A stretch of 32,000 nt of DNA from Candidatus Thorarchaeota archaeon (GCA_048882505.1 JBHLRO010000013.1:1-32000), one strand, 5' to 3'. Positions 9,709 to 17,928 are shown, numbered from the stretch's first letter. The notes: generated from the sequence alone by a model not told the origin. Numbers and translations are program-made.

Positions 9709-9886
9709 TTATTCAACATTCACACTTCCTCTTCTTAAGGATTCAAGGATTTGGGGAAGGTTGTCAATTTTAAAGGATTTAGAAAGAAATGTAATGGTGT
9801 TCAAATTTGCGGGAATAGAAGACTTGTCTATAATTTCCACCAGCGAAAACAATATTCTGGAGTGGAATCTTTGTTCTCTTTGCCAT
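9709..9886 (-). pseudogene. C-terminal relic of a response-regulator receiver domain, paralogue of 10586-11044
   Basis: PLQNIVFAGG/(+1 shift at ~9834-9836)/IIDKSSIPANLNTITFLSKSFKIDNLPQILESLRRGS* aligns to PSQKIVFVSG-MIEKYSVPEDLAHLPFISKPFQTENLLQVLDSVRGS (about 21/44 identical by hand). The phosphoacceptor half is missing. Confidence 0.72.
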
Positions 9887-9941
9887 GATCTTAGTTGTTA
9901 TATACGTTGAAACTGCTGAAATCGAACCAGGATCCCCAGTT

Positions 9942-10391
9942 CTATCCAATTCTCCTACTTATCTCCCCTATCTTTTTCAGCGACCAATATGTTCCTCTGT
10001 TTTGTTGCCATGCTTCATAACATTTGAGGATATGATGGTGGTCAAATGCAAGCTCCATCGTTAAGGCCTTAGATACTGTACACTTGCGAAGTTCAGCCGC
10101 ATCCGAGCCTACTCGCAATTTTCCTATATAATCACAAATGAACACGGTAGAAATAACCCGTCCTCTAGGATCGCGTCCTGGATCGGAGAAAAGGCCCAAA
10201 ATTTCAAAAGGTATTACTTCCACTCCAACCTCTTCTTTCATTTCTCTTACTAAAGCCTCCTCGACCCTCTCATCCTTCTCGACCATTCCACCTGGAAGTG
10301 CCCATGATCCTTGATATGGTGTATTAAGTCGTTTTATCAAAACAATTTCTCCATCTTTGTCTTTCAATATTCCATCAGCTGCATGTATCAT
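9942..10391 (-). CDS. Nudix hydrolase, ADP-ribose pyrophosphatase-like
   Basis: Complete Nudix box GGMVEKDERVEEALVREMKEEVGV, plus RDPRGRVIS and LAFDH motifs typical of the COG1051-type subfamily. Confidence 0.93.
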   Translation of the reverse strand: MIHAADGILKDKDGEIVLIKRLNTPYQGSWALPGGMVEKDERVEEALVREMKEEVGVEVIPFEILGLFSDPGRDPRGRVISTVFICDYIGKLRVGSDAAELRKCTVSKALTMELAFDHHHILKCYEAWQQNRGTYWSLKKIGEISRRIG

Positions 10392-10585
10392 TTTCTGAAC
10401 CGTACGCTATCAACCTTCATTCTGATCTCAATAGAGCGGCCTCTTGTTAATTATTCTATTATAATGATTCCCAAATCCCCTTTTGATCTCATTTCTTGTT
10501 GTTGTATTACATGATGCCTTCAATGGATTGGCACCTGATCGTTCCCAGTATTGAGAGCGCATGATGAATCGAAAACCTGCCATCG

Positions 10586-11044
10586 CTACTGGGCAGGATA
10601 ACATTGTTTCAAACTCCCTCTCACAGAATCAAGTACCTGGAGTAAGTTTTCTGTCTGAAACGGTTTGGAAATAAATGGAAGATGCGCCAGGTCTTCTGGA
10701 ACAGAATATTTTTCAATCATCCCACTTACGAAGACTATTTTCTGCGACGGATTGTTGGTTAAGATTTCTTGAGCGACTTGAAACCCTGAACACCCTGGTA
10801 AATCAATATCGAGAATAATTATAGCGGGTTTGCGATACAGATCTTCGTAATACCTGATTGCTGTTAACCCGTCGCTGACCAATCCAATAACATTCCACGG
10901 GGTCATTGTAAAGAGGATTTGATAATAATCCTGGAGATCAACATTATCTTCCACAATGAGGAGGTCATTTCCCGCATTCCTCCTTGGCAAGCCAGCTGGT
11001 TCTGTTCCTGGATTGCGCAAATAATTTACTTCACGAAACTGCAT
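10586..11044 (-). CDS. Stand-alone response regulator (CheY/Spo0F-like receiver)
   Basis: LIVEDN acidic pocket, ILDIDLPG phosphoacceptor Asp, FVSG, ISKPF lysine; no output domain; GGGTGG SD upstream. Confidence 0.9.
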   Translation of the reverse strand: MQFREVNYLRNPGTEPAGLPRRNAGNDLLIVEDNVDLQDYYQILFTMTPWNVIGLVSDGLTAIRYYEDLYRKPAIIILDIDLPGCSGFQVAQEILTNNPSQKIVFVSGMIEKYSVPEDLAHLPFISKPFQTENLLQVLDSVRGSLKQCYPAQ

Positions 11045-11059
11045 TTTTAAATACCACCC

Positions 11060-11392
11060 TTAGATTACACGATACTTCTTTTTTTGACTTATTCTGTATT
11101 TGGCTACGTTTTCCTGAATTCTTGTCTCGGCATCAGGGGGAATAAGAATAGGTTCTGGAGCTATTCGATCTACTACACCAGATTCCTCAATATGAATTAC
11201 TTTAATTTCACTCAAGTACGCCAATCCGCAGAGGAAGAGACTCCATGACACATTAGCGTTAACTAAGGCCTTCAGCTCTTGAACGGTTATGGCCGCTTCT
11301 TCTCGCAGCGCCTCCAGTTTTTTCAGGATCTGGGCCACAACACCAAATTTCTGGCTAGATTCGGATTCACAAGGCATGGGGAGTCTCTTCAT
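11060..11392 (-). CDS. Hypothetical protein, possible winged helix
   Basis: 110-aa ORF overlapping the upstream gene end and 15 bp from the receiver start; ITVQELKAL...GLAYLSEIKVIHI resembles a wH pattern. Confidence 0.6.
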   Translation of the reverse strand: MKRLPMPCESESSQKFGVVAQILKKLEALREEAAITVQELKALVNANVSWSLFLCGLAYLSEIKVIHIEESGVVDRIAPEPILIPPDAETRIQENVAKYRISQKKKYRVI

Positions 11393-11786
11393 TGTTCTTT
11401 TTTTCCAATTCCTCTCTCACCTCATTGACCTGCCGCTGGATCTCCCCAATGATCTTATCGTATGGTTGAAGGAGACGTATATCGATATTGTCGAATTCTT
11501 GGACATTCGAGAGCCGATTCTGAATCAGGTTTGGCAGGCCCATGTCAGGGATGTATACAATCCCTTCTCGAATCAAACGAAATATCTCATCCAAAATTTT
11601 AGACTTTTCTTCGATGGTTTGGATCCCTAATGCTTTCAGGATGAAAGATAGGTTCTGAACAGGTGCATCCTTAAAGGAAAGAAGAATCAAGACGCGATCG
11701 GCCAACTGGGCCATCTGTCCTGCTTGAATCTCTTCCTTGGTTTTGACGACTTGCTTAAGGCGATCGTTCATTCTCCTAGTCTCCAT
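11367..11786 (-). CDS. Hypothetical protein, possible winged helix plus C-terminal coiled coil (139 aa)
   Basis: ATG at 11786 (or 11771); LSFILKALGI...ILDEIFRLIREGIVYI, then a heptad-rich tail IQRQVNEVREELEKK. The ORF track extends to 11846. Confidence 0.62.
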   Translation of the reverse strand: METRRMNDRLKQVVKTKEEIQAGQMAQLADRVLILLSFKDAPVQNLSFILKALGIQTIEEKSKILDEIFRLIREGIVYIPDMGLPNLIQNRLSNVQEFDNIDIRLLQPYDKIIGEIQRQVNEVREELEKKNNEETPHAL

Positions 11787-11809
11787 GTAATCAATACTGA
11801 TGTACAACC

Positions 11810-12088
11810 TCACGGGCCCCCTGAGAATCCAATGAGTGAAAAGCACTGAGCCTCCTTTGGATCTTGAATGACGTTTAAACGCTCGCTGGTTAGGTTTTCG
11901 ATGAGATCGAGGAAGTAACGAAGGATTATCGTGAGCTCATGGGTAGCATAACGGTGAGGATCCTGCAATCTAATCTGTGCGAGCTGATCCTGCACTTCAA
12001 ATGAAGAAAAAAGGTTGGCACTAAGGTATATCAGTTGGAACACACGTTCTAACGGATATTCCGTCCCAAATTGTTTTGTAACAAGCAC
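11810..12088 (-). CDS. Hypothetical helical protein (92 aa, GTG start)
   Basis: Co-oriented and 23 bp from the next gene, protein-like composition; no family recognised. Confidence 0.5.
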   Translation of the reverse strand: MLVTKQFGTEYPLERVFQLIYLSANLFSSFEVQDQLAQIRLQDPHRYATHELTIILRYFLDLIENLTSERLNVIQDPKEAQCFSLIGFSGGP

Positions 12089-12404
12089 TTAGTTAACATC
12101 CTGCCTAGATCGCCTTGTATCTGTGCAGGATATATTCTAATGCAAAAAAGCAATAAAATAGAAGGTTCCCTAAAATTGACATATTCCAATTCTGGATGTC
12201 AACAATGGGGTAGGAATATAATGATGAAAGATAAAGAAGCCGTCTTAATTCATATAATTAAACATTGTAAACTATGACAAATCAAAACTCAGTGTACACT
12301 ACCCTAGATTTAAGAAGGGACTGATACACCTATCTAACTTCTTCGAACTCTCACGGAGTAGTGGAGGAATAAAGGGTTAGAAAAAAATAATTTCCCTAAT
12401 TTCC

Positions 12405-12554
12405 TCAATCTACTCCAGATCTAACAGCACCCGCTGCGACTTCTGTCATGGAAGCACCTAGGAAAAGGAGGATAAGAAGCAACCATGGTAGGAGTTTTAT
12501 TAGGAGCAATTTTGGATCTATGGATTCGATTCGGTTTCGTAATTTTTTCTGCAT
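12405..12554 (-). CDS. 49-aa signal-peptide-like precursor (MQKKLRNRIESIDPKLLLIKLLPWLLLILLFLGASMTEVAAGAVRSGVD)
   Basis: Below the ORF-track cutoff. SD GAGGTG (12561-12566) lies 6 nt before the ATG. Basic n-region, Leu-rich h-region and V-A-A / A-G-A cleavage-like sites. A T-rich tract and an imperfect hairpin follow the stop. Confidence 0.65.
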   Translation of the reverse strand: MQKKLRNRIESIDPKLLLIKLLPWLLLILLFLGASMTEVAAGAVRSGVD

Positions 12555-12649
12555 TCATTACACCTCATTTTACTTGTATATGATTTTTGTTTTCGAGATA
12601 CCAATCATTTTTACCTGATCGGTAATGCTGACATTTTCTCTAGGAACCC

Positions 12650-12657
12650 TTATAAAT
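12650..12657 (+). promoter_or_regulatory. TATA-box-like element for the double-HTH regulator
   Basis: TTATAAAT ending 22 nt before the GTG start at 12680. Confidence 0.4.
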
Positions 12658-12679
12658 CTGGTGGTGGTCGTACTAGGTT

Positions 12680-14128
12680 GTGCAATCCGCAAAATCCAAT
12701 TCTGTTACTAATTGCCTGGAAACAATCCAACAAAAATCAGAAATTTACCAGCTTGATCCATTCGTTGCGGATTTTTTACAGATCTGGTCGGAAGTTCATG
12801 AGAATGCAGTAGGAGCATCCTTGGACGATTTGATGCCGATAACGAAAAAGATCTTGCATAATAATGTACTTCCCTTTTTTGAGAAATTCAAATCAGATAC
12901 CTGCATAAAAAAAGTGGACCCATGGCTGGATACACATTCATCAATTGTCCTAGCATGGAAAAATCGTGGGAATTATTTTCTCCCTCTACACCTAGTAACC
13001 TACGAGATTTGTTATCATCAAAAGAATATGCTTCTGTTCTTCCTGCGCCGCTTAGAAACAAAGGAGATACTCGGAACCAAAGAAGATCTATTTGATTTCC
13101 TTCTCCCCATTTTGACGAACTTCGTTGTTCCCTTGGATGACATCGACATTGGGATCCTGAAGACTTCTATTCTCTTGGAGCAGGGGCCCCAACAGTTTTC
13201 CCGCGCATTCTCTCACGATGCCTATACTCCGTTTATTGAAATGTCCGCACGGAACATCATCCGAAGGCTTAATAGACTTAGGCTTTTGGACGTGATTGGG
13301 GCAGTCTATTTTGTTGATATGGGGCAAATTGGCTATGAAACATCGCTTTTATTCCATACCAATGACTTCCCTCAGCAATTCCAAGATTATCTCCTTTTTT
13401 CGGGGGCAACTCCCCTAGGCAATTTCAGTATTGTTCAGATTCCTTATCGGAAAACACAGACAATTCATCGGCTTCAGGAATCGTTAGAATCAGTTCTCCT
13501 CTATCCGTTAAGCCGACGGGTCATGAGCTGGAATTTATCAGGACTAATTCCAGGAGAAGATCCGTGGCAAAAGCCGCCCACCCTTCTTTACGGGATTCCT
13601 AAGAAAGATCTTATCAGTCCGTCCCCGAGAATAGATCTATCCTTAGAACCATTTGGAAATCCATTTGAATTATCCCCTGCAGACATTAAGATTCTGGATT
13701 TTTTAAGCAGCCAAGGAGATGCCGCCAACCTAAAGAGTTTGAGTAATGCAGTTAAAGTCTCTGTTAAAACCATATCAAAATCCTTTCAACGGTATAAGGA
13801 TCATAATTTAATTAACCGAATGGCCCAGTTCTTTAGCCTTGGATTGGATCTTTCCATCTTCTTTTTCATGTCTATCGAAGAGGACTCAATACCCTGGGTT
13901 GACCATTTTTTGACCTTCCCAAAGGTGGATGTCTTTATCCACAAAGAAAACTCGGTTTCAACCTATGTAGGCTATCTAAAAATCCCCAATAAATGGATTA
14001 AACCGTTTTCTCGTAACATGGATAAGATAGTAAGGGCCCTCCGGAATACAAATATCAAATTCTACCATAAAATTATCAGTTCTATCGATCACTTTAAATG
14101 GGGAATTTCTCTTCGGAAGACCTTCTAA
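12680..14128 (+). CDS. Transcriptional regulator with two Lrp/AsnC-type HTH modules and an unknown N-terminal domain (482 aa)
   Basis: HTH1 at aa ~152-218 (LDDIDIGIL...SARNIIRRLNRLRLLDVI...VDMGQIG) and HTH2 at aa ~331-389 (LSPADIKILDFL...LKSLSNAVKVSVKTISKSFQRYKDHNLI...LGL), each followed by an alpha/beta segment. Confidence 0.78.
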   Translation: MQSAKSNSVTNCLETIQQKSEIYQLDPFVADFLQIWSEVHENAVGASLDDLMPITKKILHNNVLPFFEKFKSDTCIKKVDPWLDTHSSIVLAWKNRGNYFLPLHLVTYEICYHQKNMLLFFLRRLETKEILGTKEDLFDFLLPILTNFVVPLDDIDIGILKTSILLEQGPQQFSRAFSHDAYTPFIEMSARNIIRRLNRLRLLDVIGAVYFVDMGQIGYETSLLFHTNDFPQQFQDYLLFSGATPLGNFSIVQIPYRKTQTIHRLQESLESVLLYPLSRRVMSWNLSGLIPGEDPWQKPPTLLYGIPKKDLISPSPRIDLSLEPFGNPFELSPADIKILDFLSSQGDAANLKSLSNAVKVSVKTISKSFQRYKDHNLINRMAQFFSLGLDLSIFFFMSIEEDSIPWVDHFLTFPKVDVFIHKENSVSTYVGYLKIPNKWIKPFSRNMDKIVRALRNTNIKFYHKIISSIDHFKWGISLRKTF

Positions 14129-14391
14129 GTCAAACGATTGCAGGGATAGGTTCCCATATACGACCTAGGGTTAAAACTCTTGCCATTATACAGTGATTGA
14201 CAGCACGGTCGGTCGTAGGAAGGTCTAAATGAATTCCGACTTGAATTTCCTTTCAGAATCAGCAACAATAATGGATGGAATTCACGGGACAATAGCGATC
14301 TGACTGAAAACGCATAATTTAAGGTATTACTGGTGTAATGGTATACTTCTTTCTGATTATCAAGGAGAAGAGCTTGGATTTAACATGAGAA

Positions 14392-15750
14392 CTACATCTT
14401 ATCCATGCTTTCTAGCAATCGTGCAATGCAAAGTTGGCCCATTTTAAAATCCTCAAGAATAAGGTTCTCATTGGGGGAATGGCCATTACTACCTTGGTAA
14501 GCGACACCAATTGAGAGCATTGGCACATATTCAGTAAAGAGATAAAGGGGCCCCGAACCTGGGCTCCAGGGATGAACCAAGGGCTCGTGTCCGTACACTT
14601 CGGCCATGGTGTTTGCAAGATGTTGGACGAATGGATGGGATATATCAGTATATGCAGGATTATAACCATCCCACCACTCGATTTCAATATTGAATCCATG
14701 AGCTTCGAAGTGACGTTTTAGATTTTGTATTATCGTGTCTGGGGTTTGATTAGGAACCAAGCGAAAGTCAATTTTAGCTTGTGCCACAGCAGGAAGCACT
14801 GTTTTACTTCCAGCTCCTTGCCACCCTGACCAAATTCCGCATATTGTGCATGTGGGTTCCAAGTAATATTTTTGCAACAGTTTGTTTCCCGTAAGGTCAT
14901 TTATAAACTGAGAGATTCCAAACTCCTCCTTCATTTTTGTTTCATCGAAATGGGGAACCAAACGTTCAATGGCATGAAGAAGTTCTTGCGATGGGGGTAC
15001 TACCTGGTCATAATGACCTTTTATGCTAATCTGGTCCGTTTGATCGTCCCTCAGCGATGCCAAAGCGGCTACCAGATGATTGGCTGGATTCTGAACGATC
15101 GTTCCGTTTGCGGAATGCAGATCCTTTTTGGGGCCCGTTGTTTTCAATTGAACATAACAAATCCCCTTGACGCCGCCCCATATTTGCTGAATGCCATTCA
15201 CATTAGTACCGCCAAATTCCCAGACTCCTGCGTCAGCTTGAAGAAATTCAGAATGTTCTCGGGCAAAATCTCCAAGATTTGGGCTTGAGGTTTCCTCCTC
15301 ACCTTCTATCACAAACCTGATATTCACAGGAATCTCCCCCTTTAGATCTAATAGCATTTTAATTGCTGAAGCTCGTACTGTAATTTCTCCTTTGTTATCT
15401 GCCACCCCTCTCCCATATATTTTTCCATCACGGACTTCAGGCTCAAATGGAGGGCTATCCCATAAGTCAAAGGGCTCTGCTGGCTGGACATCATAATGAT
15501 CATAGAACAGGATCGTCCGAGGATGCCCTTGATCGAGGTGGGCTGTAAAGACTGGTTGTCCCTTTGTTGGGAAAACTTTGGTTTTAAAGCCTAGTCCCCC
15601 AAATATTCTAGCTAGCTCTTTGATAGCTTGATTAGAGTATTCCCCTCCCTTTGCCGTCACTGTGGGCAATCTAATCAGTCGAAAAAGGTTATCAAGCGTT
15701 TCTTCGATATGTTTGTCTACATATTCTTTCATTTCATGCATACTACTCAT
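14392..15750 (-). CDS. M20/M25/M40 family metallopeptidase (dipeptidase/ArgE-DapE-like)
   Basis: FYDHYDVQP, GRGVADNKG, EGEEE and HSPNEN metal-binding motifs. Confidence 0.92.
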   Translation of the reverse strand: MSSMHEMKEYVDKHIEETLDNLFRLIRLPTVTAKGGEYSNQAIKELARIFGGLGFKTKVFPTKGQPVFTAHLDQGHPRTILFYDHYDVQPAEPFDLWDSPPFEPEVRDGKIYGRGVADNKGEITVRASAIKMLLDLKGEIPVNIRFVIEGEEETSSPNLGDFAREHSEFLQADAGVWEFGGTNVNGIQQIWGGVKGICYVQLKTTGPKKDLHSANGTIVQNPANHLVAALASLRDDQTDQISIKGHYDQVVPPSQELLHAIERLVPHFDETKMKEEFGISQFINDLTGNKLLQKYYLEPTCTICGIWSGWQGAGSKTVLPAVAQAKIDFRLVPNQTPDTIIQNLKRHFEAHGFNIEIEWWDGYNPAYTDISHPFVQHLANTMAEVYGHEPLVHPWSPGSGPLYLFTEYVPMLSIGVAYQGSNGHSPNENLILEDFKMGQLCIARLLESMDKM

Positions 15751-15822
15751 AAAATCTACCTAATCCTTGTACTTCTGACGAAACCTTAAATCAGGGCATT
15801 TTCATTATATTAATGGAATACC

Positions 15823-17214
15823 TCATGGGTGAGCAATCGGTTTAAACTTTGCCGTGAAGTGTCTGAGAATCCCAGGATCATAAACGATTTTCATTCCAGA
15901 AATCTCGAATCTATGCACATAAAGGTCTACCAACGATTCGATTACATAATCGAGATGTTCTCGTGAATATACTCTTCGAGGTATTGCCAGTCTCACCTGT
16001 TCTAATTCAGGATAAACCCAAGTTCCATCCTCTTTCTTTTGTCCAAAAGCTACGGATCCTAGTTCAGCGGCACGAATGCCATACCTCTCGTAAATAGCAA
16101 TTGTGAGTGCCCAACCTGGGAATTCAGATCGGGGAATATGATCCAGAAAACTTTCGGCATCAATATTTATCGAATGGCCTCCGACTGGTTTTAGGAATGG
16201 TACACCTCCTTTTTCCAATCCTTGTCCTAAATACTCCAGCTGTTGATGACGATATCGTAGGTACTCCTCCTGTAAAACCTCTCTTAATCCTCTCGCAATA
16301 GCTTCCAAATCACGGCCAGCTAAACCGCCGTAAGTGGGAAAACCTTCAATAACAGTCATCCGCTGCTTAATTTTACGATATATCTCTTCGTCATTAAGCG
16401 CGATGAAGCCGCCGATATTCACTAGACCGTCTTTTTTTGCACTAACAAGACATCCATCGGTATAAGAGAACATCTGTTGGACGATTTCTTTTGGTGTAAA
16501 ATGGCTGTAACCTTCTTCTCGCAGTTTTATAAAATAAGCATTTTCTGCAAAACGAGCGGCATCTAGGAAAAACGGGATGGCATTCTCTTTAGCGATTTTT
16601 GATACTTCTTGAATATTCTTCATTGATACAGGTTGCCCTCCTCCGGCATTATTTGTCACCGTAACGATTATCAGCGAAACAGTATTGCCTCTTTGCAACA
16701 GGTCTAGCAAAGCGTCAATGTCCACGTTACCTTTGAAATCATGAATCAATGATGGTTGATAGGCTTCTTTGATGACAAGATCACGAGTTTTCCCCCCCGA
16801 TGTTTCTATGTTTGCACGCGTTGTATCGAAAAACTGATTAGAAACAACTAGTGTATCATCATCAATGTTCATTGCGTGACATATCAGGTTTTCCGCACTA
16901 CGCCCTTGATGTGTAGGAATGAAATACTTGAATCCAGTAATATCTTGGACAACCTGCTCCAGATTGAAGAAATTCTTACATTGAGCATACGACTCGTCTC
17001 CTAACATCATTCCCGCCCATTGATAATCAGACATTGCGGAAGTCCCTGAATCTGTTAACAGATCAATGTAAATATTCTCTGCAGCAATATTGAAGATATT
17101 ATAACCTGCTTCTTCAAGCCACTTCTTGCGATCTTCAACTGTGGTAATCTTAATAGGTTCAACAACTTTCGTCTTATATGGCGGGGGACTTAATTTAAAA
17201 TTAGGTTCTGTCAT
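15823..17214 (-). CDS. tnaA: Tryptophanase (beta-eliminating lyase), 463 aa from ATG 17214
   Basis: IDLLTDSGT, GDESYA, PTHQGR, DAARFAEN and PLP-lysine motif SAKKDGLVNIGG. C-terminal LRHFTA has His as in tryptophanases, where tyrosine phenol-lyases have LRFFTA. Confidence 0.85.
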   Translation of the reverse strand: MTEPNFKLSPPPYKTKVVEPIKITTVEDRKKWLEEAGYNIFNIAAENIYIDLLTDSGTSAMSDYQWAGMMLGDESYAQCKNFFNLEQVVQDITGFKYFIPTHQGRSAENLICHAMNIDDDTLVVSNQFFDTTRANIETSGGKTRDLVIKEAYQPSLIHDFKGNVDIDALLDLLQRGNTVSLIIVTVTNNAGGGQPVSMKNIQEVSKIAKENAIPFFLDAARFAENAYFIKLREEGYSHFTPKEIVQQMFSYTDGCLVSAKKDGLVNIGGFIALNDEEIYRKIKQRMTVIEGFPTYGGLAGRDLEAIARGLREVLQEEYLRYRHQQLEYLGQGLEKGGVPFLKPVGGHSINIDAESFLDHIPRSEFPGWALTIAIYERYGIRAAELGSVAFGQKKEDGTWVYPELEQVRLAIPRRVYSREHLDYVIESLVDLYVHRFEISGMKIVYDPGILRHFTAKFKPIAHP

Positions 17215-17480
17215 CGTACCAAATTCCTGAGGAGAACATAGATAGCTAATAAACATCAGACGGGAAAGTCGTATAATATTGATTGTCCTGGGATATCTAA
17301 CATTGAGAATAGGATGGAGCAAACATGATGTGTAAAAGACACTTGTAACCCTTTCAGTTAATTCAAACCTTGTGGTATCAAGAAACACCATATCAGTGAG
17401 ATTTTCTTTTTTGAGTACTTGACCTGAATGTCTTATCGTGAGAAAACTAAATATTTCATGCTTTATGTCTAGTAATGGAT

Positions 17481-17506
17481 GAAAAACGCATACTTAAGCG
17501 TTTTTC
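17481..17506. promoter_or_regulatory. Perfect 9-8-9 inverted repeat between divergent tnaA and SCP2 genes (candidate operator)
   Basis: GAAAAACGC-ATACTTAA-GCGTTTTTC. Confidence 0.4.
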
Positions 17507-17586
17507 CCTGGATTACAAATAACACGTGATAGGTATCTGACTAAATTTGGAAGGAAAAACCAGTTTCATCGAAAGGAGAACGAATC

Positions 17587-17928
17587 ATGTCTGAGACAGA
17601 TGTCATCAACGGAATTCATAAGGTTCTGGGCAAATTGAGCCAAGAAAAACACAGGAAACGGTTCAAAAAGTGGAATCGAAAGATTGGGTTCACGTTTGAG
17701 GAATTTGGAAAAACCTGGACGACCACTCTCACCGCAGGCATACCCGATGACTTAGTAGAAGGCCCTATTGATAAAAGCACCAAGTATGACATCCTCGTTA
17801 AGACCAATTCAACAACGTGGTTGGGCGTTCTTAATAAGGAAATTGATCCGATTAAGGCCTATGGTAAGGGGGATTTGAAAATTAAGGGAAGTGTAACTGA
17901 TCTTCTAAAGTTAAGACGAGTTTTATAA
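17587..17928 (+). CDS. SCP2 sterol/lipid-binding domain protein
   Basis: C-terminal WLGVLNKEIDPIKAYGKGDLKIKGSVTDLLKL matches the SCP2 pattern; AAGGAG SD upstream. Confidence 0.82.
   Translation: MSETDVINGIHKVLGKLSQEKHRKRFKKWNRKIGFTFEEFGKTWTTTLTAGIPDDLVEGPIDKSTKYDILVKTNSTTWLGVLNKEIDPIKAYGKGDLKIKGSVTDLLKLRRVL

Noticed and set aside
9704-9910. 68-aa plus-strand ORF in the ORF track
   Set aside because: Antisense to the receiver relic; no independent coding evidence.
11289-11630. 113-aa plus-strand ORF
   Set aside because: Antisense to two tightly coupled minus-strand genes.
12071-12277. 68-aa plus-strand ORF (TTG start)
   Set aside because: No SD, no motif, AT-rich intergenic composition.
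12421-12558. Alternative 45-aa minus-strand ORF from ATG 12558 overlapping the peptide gene
   Set aside because: Only 2 nt from the SD and no recognisable architecture; ATG 12554 has 6-nt spacing and a clear signal-peptide pattern.
12590-12646. ACCTGATCGGTAATGCTG resembles the P4/P5 half of a TPP riboswitch
   Set aside because: No GGGG/CTGAGA/ACCC P2-P3 half upstream, the J5/4 spacing is 11 nt instead of about 3, and the downstream gene is not thiamine related.
14145-14245. Short inverted repeats (TACGACC/GGTCGTA, GTCGG/CCGAC) in the convergent spacer suggesting an ncRNA or IS end
   Set aside because: Stems are 7 bp or shorter, with no recognisable family consensus and no transposase nearby.
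17215-17391. 59-codon N-terminal extension of the tnaA ORF, or a TnaC-like leader peptide
   Set aside because: Similarity to tryptophanases starts near Met 17214, and no Trp-containing short leader ORF was found upstream.
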